Assembly (NCBI GenBank): GCA_965213705.1
Contig: OZ243913.1
Coordinates: forward strand, 128,001 to 192,000
From: Trueperaceae bacterium
GTDB lineage: Bacteria > Deinococcota > Deinococci > Deinococcales > Trueperaceae
Direction of reading: 5' to 3'
DNA: 64,000 nt
In this document: positions 58,441-64,000 of the stretch, piece after piece
Layout of the letters: every line of letters begins with the position of its first letter
Numbering within the stretch: position 1 is the first letter of the stretch
Notes under the pieces: generated by a model
What the model was told of the DNA's origin: nothing
Databases searched by the model: none
The model's input: only the letters and a program-made list of their open reading frames with translations
Made by a program: the position numbers and the translations under genes

Positions 58441-59301
58441 GTGAAAGACCGAGTGGACGCCGAACACCCTTACCGCATCGCCTACCAGGGCGTCGCCGGG
58501 GCCAACAGCGAGCAGGCGAGTTTGCAGTTCCTTACCGACGCCGAGCCGGTCGGCTACCACTCGTTTATGGACGCGTTTACCGCGGCTGTCACAGGCGAAT
58601 GTCACTACGCCTGTCTGCCGGTCGAGAACAGCTTGGCGGGCTCCATCAACCAGACCTACGACCTGCTGACCGACTCGGTGCTGCACGTCGTCGGCGAGGA
58701 AATCGTGCGGGTTCACCACAACCTGATGGCGCGGCCCGGCACAAAGTTGGCAGACATCAAGCGCGTCTACAGCCACCCGCAAGCGCTGTTGCAGAGTCAG
58801 GCGTTCATCACCGGTCACGGCTTTGAAGCGGTGAGCGACTTCGACACCGCCGGAGCCGCCAAACTTTTGGCCGAGAACGGCGGCGAGGGCCGGGCCGCGC
58901 TCGCGACCAAACGCGCCGCCGAGATTTACGGCTTGGAGATTCTGGCCGAGAACGTCGAGGACGCGCCCTTCAACTACACGCGCTTTTTTATCCTGGGGCC
59001 GGTTGAGGCGCCTAAAACGGCTGGAAAAAACAAGTCCAGCCTTGTGTTGGCGACGCGGCACCGGCCGGGCGACCTGGTCGACTGTCTGCAGGAGTTTCCC
59101 AAGTACAACCTCAACCTGACGAAGTTGGAGTCGCGCCCGCGCCGGGACAAACCCTGGAGCTACCTGTTCTACATAGACATCGAAGGGCACATCGAAGACG
59201 AGAACGTCCAAAAAGCCATGACCGGACTCATGCGCAAGGCGGCGTTCGTAAAGTTTTTGGGCTCTTACCCGGCGGCCTCGACCGTCATAGAGCTGGGCTG
59301 A
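58441..59301 (+). CDS. pheA: Prephenate dehydratase (PDT + ACT)
   Basis: AYQG..GANSE, PVENS..G, SHPQAL.Q, NYTRF, LTKLESRP, LGSYP; start uncertain. Confidence 0.93.
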   Translation: MKDRVDAEHPYRIAYQGVAGANSEQASLQFLTDAEPVGYHSFMDAFTAAVTGECHYACLPVENSLAGSINQTYDLLTDSVLHVVGEEIVRVHHNLMARPGTKLADIKRVYSHPQALLQSQAFITGHGFEAVSDFDTAGAAKLLAENGGEGRAALATKRAAEIYGLEILAENVEDAPFNYTRFFILGPVEAPKTAGKNKSSLVLATRHRPGDLVDCLQEFPKYNLNLTKLESRPRRDKPWSYLFYIDIEGHIEDENVQKAMTGLMRKAAFVKFLGSYPAASTVIELG

Positions 59302-59308
59302 GCGGGCG

Positions 59309-59536
59309 ATGACCGACGAGCACGGTGCCGAGCAAGGTACCCCGGACACCCTCACCCTGAACAACGCGCTTAAGCTCATCGGTGTGGCCGACACCGGCGG
59401 ACAAGCCAAACTGATGATTCAGGCCGGGCAAATCAAGGTCAACGGCGAGGTTGAGACGCGCCGCAAACGCAAGCTCCGCGCGGGCGACGTGATAGAAGTC
59501 GGCGGCGAAGAGTTTTTGCTCGAGCTGGAACCCTGA
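59309..59536 (+). CDS. S4 domain RNA-binding protein (YaaA/YbcJ-like)
   Basis: LKLIGVADTGGQAK, VNGEVETRRKRKL..GD. Confidence 0.9.
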   Translation: MTDEHGAEQGTPDTLTLNNALKLIGVADTGGQAKLMIQAGQIKVNGEVETRRKRKLRAGDVIEVGGEEFLLELEP

Positions 59537-59595
59537 ACCGGGGAGACTGAGGGTCCGGGACGTGGCTCCTAGATTTTCGCTGCCGTTAAAGCCAC

Positions 59596-59633
59596 AAAAG
59601 AAAAGCCCCGATGAAGTACCGGGGCCTCTTTTT
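59596..59633. terminator. Bidirectional terminator
   Basis: AAAAGAAAAGCCCCG-N9-CGGGGCCTCTTTTT between convergent genes. Confidence 0.75.
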
Positions 59634-59660
59634 GATGCAGTGTTTCAGTTACCGCAAAGC

Positions 59661-59795
59661 TTACTGCTCGGGTCTGAAGCCGTCCGCACAGGTTTTGCAG
59701 ATTTTCAAGCTCGGAGCCGTTACCGAAGCCGCGAAGCTGAGACCGCCGCCGACGAGGATGAGGCTGAAGAGCAAACCTTTAACGATGTTTTTCAT
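59661..59795 (-). CDS. 44-aa secreted peptide precursor with CxxC
   Basis: MKNIVKGLLFSLILVGGGLSFA|ASVTAPSLKICKTCADGFRPEQ; AAAGGA RBS; own promoter and terminator. Confidence 0.75.
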   Translation of the reverse strand: MKNIVKGLLFSLILVGGGLSFAASVTAPSLKICKTCADGFRPEQ

Positions 59796-59850
59796 TTTGT
59801 TGTCCTTTCTTCCGGGGCTGCCGGCGCTTCGTTGCGTCCGGCTTGAAATG

Positions 59851-59884
59851 AGTTTACAAAAGACTGTCTTACACAAATCTTACG
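59851..59884 (-). promoter_or_regulatory. Direct-repeat activator-type promoter, copy 3 (peptide gene)
   Basis: CGTAAG-atttg-TGTAAG-N11-TAAACT. Confidence 0.7.
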
Positions 59885-59901
59885 CGCGCTCGACGCACGG
59901 T

Positions 59902-60846
59902 TTAGACGGGCTCGACCACGGCGACCGCGGCGCGAAACGCGCACACCACTTCGCGGGGGTAGTGGACGTCGGCGAACTTTTCTAACTCGGCAAAAGCGAC
60001 GGCGGGCGCTAAAGCGGCGCGGTAGGGGCGGTCGGTCGTCATGGCGTCGTAGGTGTCCGCGACCGCGACGATGTAGGACTCCGTCAAAATCTCCCCGTGG
60101 CTGAGCCCATAAGGGTAGCCCGAGCCGTCCATGCGCTCGTGGTGCTGTTCGACGATGACGCCGACGTCGGCGAGCAGCGTGCCCCCCAGCAGTTCTCGCC
60201 CGTAGGTCGGGTGTTGTTTGATGACGGCCCACTCTTCCGGGGTGAGGCTGGTGGGTTTTTGCAAGATGTCCAGGGGGACTTTCAGCTTGCCGACGTCGTG
60301 CAGGTACGCGCCGTAGGAGAGCCGGTAACACTGGTCTACGTCCAGCGCCAGGTTGCGCGCGGTCGCGTTCGACAAGTCTCTCAGGCGGGCACAGTGTTCC
60401 GAGGTGTAACCGTCTTTCTCCTCGACCTCGACGGCCAAGCGCATGAGGTCGCCTGTAAAGGTGTCGGCCTCGCTGAAAACGGGCTGGTTCGACACGCACA
60501 AAAGCGTCGCCCCGTGCAGCGTGCTCAGCACGGCGCGCTCGGCCGTCACGCCCACCGTCACGCTGTCGCCGGGCTCGAGCAAGCTTTTTTGATTTTTGCC
60601 GCTCAGCTCGAAGCAGCCCGACGTGACGTGGTAAACTTCCGCGCAGCGTTCGTCCGACGACTCGGGCGGGGTTAAAAACAACCGCCCGCCCGCCTCGACC
60701 CGGACCTCTATCACTTCAAAGCCGGGCTGTTTGTTGAGCAGACGTGCGTGCGTTTTGCGCGAGGCGAACGCCCGCACGCGGTCCCCCTTGCGGATGACGG
60801 CGAGCCCGCCTTTGGTCGGCACTGTGATGGTCACTTTGGGAGTCAC
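59902..60846 (-). CDS. Cupin + HD-GYP phosphodiesterase
   Basis: KDGYT..H..R, LHDVGK, HHERMDGSGYP, VADTYDAMTTDRPYR; N-terminal cupin-like barrel. Confidence 0.9.
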   Translation of the reverse strand: MTPKVTITVPTKGGLAVIRKGDRVRAFASRKTHARLLNKQPGFEVIEVRVEAGGRLFLTPPESSDERCAEVYHVTSGCFELSGKNQKSLLEPGDSVTVGVTAERAVLSTLHGATLLCVSNQPVFSEADTFTGDLMRLAVEVEEKDGYTSEHCARLRDLSNATARNLALDVDQCYRLSYGAYLHDVGKLKVPLDILQKPTSLTPEEWAVIKQHPTYGRELLGGTLLADVGVIVEQHHERMDGSGYPYGLSHGEILTESYIVAVADTYDAMTTDRPYRAALAPAVAFAELEKFADVHYPREVVCAFRAAVAVVEPV

Positions 60847-60868
60847 GTCAGGAGCAGCCTCGCCGCGA

Positions 60869-60902
60869 AGCTTAGCAGCGCACTTGTCACAAAACTCTTA
60901 TG
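60869..60902 (-). promoter_or_regulatory. Direct-repeat activator-type promoter, copy 4 (HD-GYP)
   Basis: CATAAG-agttt-TGTGAC-N11-TAAGCT; shares an identical 15-mer with copy 2. Confidence 0.7.
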
Positions 60903-61232
60903 AAAACGGCCCAAAAGGCCTTGTGTGACAAAACTCCTTTTCATGTCCCTTCCGGTTAACTTCCTCAATTAACCCGAGCGGAATGAAAAGGAACAACTAT
61001 GGATTGTGCTGAGGAACGAGAACTTCTTTTGTTAGTTTAGCATGTATATTATAGAGATTCGTAGGATAACTCAAAAACAGGGCTGCACGGCCGTGACGTT
61101 GTGAAAAAGTCTTCAGCTGCGGATTTAGCTTAGTGTGGGCTCGAGGGCGACAACAATTTCGTTTACTTCGTTGAGTATAGTTATTCATTTTTCGAACCGG
61201 TGGGGCGGTTGCGCTTCGGCAGCTGAAACCAC

Positions 61233-61260
61233 AAAAAGAGGTGGAGCCGAACTCCACCTC
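61233..61260 (-). terminator. Intrinsic terminator after the YsnF gene
   Basis: GAGGTGGAG-ttcgg-CTCCACCTC-TTTTT on the minus strand. Confidence 0.8.
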
Positions 61261-61286
61261 CTGCGCTACTACGTTGTGGCCGAACC

Positions 61287-62048
61287 TCAGCGTTCGATTT
61301 TTTTGTTCACGTCTACGTCCTCGACCTCGACTTCGGTTTTCCGTTCGGTGCCGCGCACGGTTTCGGTGCGCTCCACGGCTTCTTTCTCGACCAGGATTTC
61401 CTCGACGACGCGGGCTTCTTTTGCGACGACCACCTCTTCGTGCGTCTCGCGCATTTCTAAGGTTTGCTCTTGAAGGTCGGCTTCGGTCGCCGCGCGGTCA
61501 GCCGGGCGGCGCTGCACGTGAACCCGTTCTTCGCGCAGGGTGACGTTTTCCTCGACCGGGGTTTCGCGGACAAAGGTGCGGATGCGTTTGCCGCCCCCCT
61601 CTACGTTGCGTTTGCCCACCGTGATGTCCTCTTCGATGACGGGAATCACGTAACGCTCGCGCTCGGCCTCGACTTGTTCGGCGTCGTAGACGGGCGCGGT
61701 GCGGTCGTAACCGCTGTACCCTTCTTCGCGCCACATCGTCACTCGCTCGTCGATGTCGACGGGGTTGTGGCGGTTCAGGACGGTCTCGGCGTCGTCCAGC
61801 TTGTCGTCGGCAACGGTGACCGCGAGGACCGCACCGCCGCGGCGCACGCCCTCGGCGATGTGACCCGCGTCGTCAGCGTCGCCGGAGCCGAACAGGTTTT
61901 CCCAAAAGCCCGCGTCGCGCTCGGCCCGGTCGGCGTCGTGCGCGACGATTTCCATGTTGCCGCGCTCGAGACCGGCGTCGGTCAGGTCGCGCAGGGCGGC
62001 CTCGGCTTGGTCTTTGCGGTCGTACAGCGCTACTATAGTTGTCGACAT
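61287..62048 (-). CDS. YflT/YsnF (DUF2382) general stress protein, paralog of 10443..11711
   Basis: EGVRRGG, HNPVDIDER, RIRTFVRETPVEE.VTLREE; ATG 62048 with AGGAG RBS. Confidence 0.88.
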   Translation of the reverse strand: MSTTIVALYDRKDQAEAALRDLTDAGLERGNMEIVAHDADRAERDAGFWENLFGSGDADDAGHIAEGVRRGGAVLAVTVADDKLDDAETVLNRHNPVDIDERVTMWREEGYSGYDRTAPVYDAEQVEAERERYVIPVIEEDITVGKRNVEGGGKRIRTFVRETPVEENVTLREERVHVQRRPADRAATEADLQEQTLEMRETHEEVVVAKEARVVEEILVEKEAVERTETVRGTERKTEVEVEDVDVNKKIER

Positions 62049-62210
62049 GGTCATCTCCTAGTTGAAAAGGTCGTTTGAAAAAAGCGAAAGGTCGCGGGGC
62101 GGTTGTTTGGCGGGTAGGTGTCTAGGACGACGACGTGACGGCGATGACCGAGAAAAACTTGTGGTGCTCGAGCTGACAAAACGCTCGAGCACCTTTTTCG
62201 GGGCCGGCGG

Positions 62211-62687
62211 CTACTTGCGCCCCAGAAAGCGCTTGGCGGCGAACACGGCCAGCCCCGCCAAGGCCATGCGGCCCCCGGTACCCGACAAGGGGCTGTTCGG
62301 CCCGACGACCTGCTCGAGCAGGTCCGGGTCTTGCTGCGCCGCCTTGCGCGTCATCCGCCCGAGTTCACGCGGCGAGCTGGCCGTGTCCAGGTCCTGGTTT
62401 TGATTGTAGCCCTGGTACGGGCGGCTGTCGTCCTGGGTCGCCTCGCGGTAGCGCTCGGCGAGGGCGCGGCGTTCGCGCTCGGACAGTTTGCTGAACGCTT
62501 CGTCGTAGGCCTGCTGCGCGTCCTGGTCGTCTTGGTCATCAGCGTGCGCCATCAGTTCGCGGTAGCGTTGCGCCGCTTCTGCGTCCGAGAGCTGGTCGGG
62601 GCTTTCCCGGTAGCGCCTTTCAAAGTCCTGGTAGTCCTGCTGACGCTGCGGGTCCTGGTTGAAAAAGTCACCTAGTTTCTCGAGCAT
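62211..62687 (-). CDS. Hypothetical hydrophilic (Q/D-rich) protein with amphipathic C-terminus
   Basis: 158-aa ORF with AAGGAGG RBS. Confidence 0.75.
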   Translation of the reverse strand: MLEKLGDFFNQDPQRQQDYQDFERRYRESPDQLSDAEAAQRYRELMAHADDQDDQDAQQAYDEAFSKLSERERRALAERYREATQDDSRPYQGYNQNQDLDTASSPRELGRMTRKAAQQDPDLLEQVVGPNSPLSGTGGRMALAGLAVFAAKRFLGRK

Positions 62688-62694
62688 GGTAGAC

Positions 62695-62742
62695 CTCCTT
62701 GGTTGCGTTGCTCCTTGATTGCGTTACTCCTCAGTTGCGTTG
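62695..62742. repeat. 16-bp tandem repeat x3 containing the RBS
   Basis: CTCCTTGGTTGCGTTG / CTCCTTGATTGCGTTA / CTCCTCAGTTGCGTTG. Confidence 0.85.
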
Positions 62743-62822
62743 CGGGGCGGCTTTGAATACGGCTTCGGCATCCTTATTTGATTGGGGATTGGGGTTACAG
62801 CTACCGTAGTCGTATCTACACC

Positions 62823-63821
62823 TCAAGCGCGTCGCGCCTCACCCAACGTTTTGGGACGACCGACCAACCCGCCCAGCGCGGCAATCACGGCGCCGATGAG
62901 CAGGCCGACAAACGCCCAGATAGCCGCGGTGCCGATGGCGTCGGCGGCCGTTTGCGCCGCTTCCTCGGCACCTTGGCGAGCCTGCTGCAAGCTGTCTTGC
63001 GCTTGTTGATAAGTTTCTACCCAGCCATCGATGGTTTGGTTCGCCTCGGCCTCGGTGACTCCGGTGCGCTCGACCAGCACGTTGACCAGGTCCTGACGGT
63101 TGGCCGGGTCGGTCAAGTCTTGGCCTTCGGCGAACAGTTGGCTGACGAGTTGGTTGATTTCCTGGCCCGCCTGCTGCGGGTTTTGGGCAATGTCAGTTGC
63201 GGCGTTTTGAACGTCCTGACCAGCTTGTTGCGCTTCTTGCTGAACGTCCTCGGCCTGCAGTTCGGGGTCACCGGTTTGCGCCAAAAGTTGCTGCGCTTCT
63301 TGTTGAATGGTGCTCAGGCTCACGCCTTGCTGCTCGAGGGCGCCCTCCACCGCCTGCGCCGCCTGGGGCGCAACCGCCGAGAGACCCTGGCCCGCCAGCG
63401 ACAGACCCTGACTGACCGCGCTGCCGACCCCGCTCACCAGTCGACCTGCCGCGGTCGAGAGCACCAGAAAGCTGACCAACGTCACGACACCCCAGGTTAA
63501 AAGGCCGTGGAGCAGGCCGTCCGAGGCGCGCGTCAAACCCGCCAAACGGCCGGCGATGTAGCCGCCCGCAAACAGCGCCAGAACGTTGCTGATAATCAAG
63601 CCGACGGCGGTGCCGGTGCCGATGCCCGAAAAAGGCTGCGCTTCGGTCGCGGGGTTGATGGTCGGCGTGACGATGCCCAAAACGAGCAGGTTGATGAGTA
63701 CCGAAACCATCAGCGCGATGAGGCTGCCTGCCAATACCGCCGCCCAAGACACGCGGCGCACGGGCGTGTTGTCGGCAACGACGACAGTTTCGTTGATTGG
63801 GGTGTTTCTTTTTGTAGTCAT
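62823..63821 (-). CDS. YrzE-like membrane protein with Q-rich helical insert
   Basis: RVSWAAVLAG, GGYIAGRLAG, GLLHGLLTWG; ATG 63821 with GGAGA RBS. Confidence 0.75.
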   Translation of the reverse strand: MTTKRNTPINETVVVADNTPVRRVSWAAVLAGSLIALMVSVLINLLVLGIVTPTINPATEAQPFSGIGTGTAVGLIISNVLALFAGGYIAGRLAGLTRASDGLLHGLLTWGVVTLVSFLVLSTAAGRLVSGVGSAVSQGLSLAGQGLSAVAPQAAQAVEGALEQQGVSLSTIQQEAQQLLAQTGDPELQAEDVQQEAQQAGQDVQNAATDIAQNPQQAGQEINQLVSQLFAEGQDLTDPANRQDLVNVLVERTGVTEAEANQTIDGWVETYQQAQDSLQQARQGAEEAAQTAADAIGTAAIWAFVGLLIGAVIAALGGLVGRPKTLGEARRA

Positions 63822-64000
63822 AAATCGTTCTCCCTTTGGTTGTTTGCTGCGTTCGTTTTTTGCTGCGAGTGAAAGTGTATCATCGGTCGGTTGAGCAACC
63901 ACAGCTCGGGTCTTCAGTTTGCTAAGCGTAAGTTGCGCTCACGTCTTACGACTGCTGTGCCTCTTTGAAACCGGTTAGCCGACAAAACGCTGATGACGTG

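Noticed and set aside
63925..63951. Fifth copy of the promoter motif (CGTAAG...TACGCT)
   Set aside because: Spacing is 14 rather than 11 and the second half-site is absent

Overview
GC-rich bacterial chromosomal segment with about 60 protein genes. Protein style and widespread leaderless TANNNT promoters suggest Deinococcota, possibly Truepera-like (inference). No rRNA, tRNA, CRISPR array, transposase or phage gene was seen. Recognisable blocks: a hexuronate catabolism locus (lacI-uxaE-uxuB-larA-like-uxaC, divergent from a TRAP transporter), a complete mrpA-G operon, recG, mutM, pheA, psuG, two type II toxin-antitoxin pairs, two YsnF/YflT stress clusters, a GluR0-like ligand-gated K+ channel, a dynamin-like GTPase, and PadR followed by two paralogous membrane proteins with divergent ectodomains. 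The most notable new observation is a shared promoter architecture, NRTAAG-N5-TGTRAS-N11-TANNNT, found four times with exact spacing. It precedes a diguanylate cyclase, an HD-GYP phosphodiesterase, a 44-aa secreted CxxC peptide and a candidate ~43-nt anti-Shine-Dalgarno sRNA, suggesting an undescribed c-di-GMP/peptide/sRNA regulon. All calls are by eye from sequence and motifs; no database searches were run.
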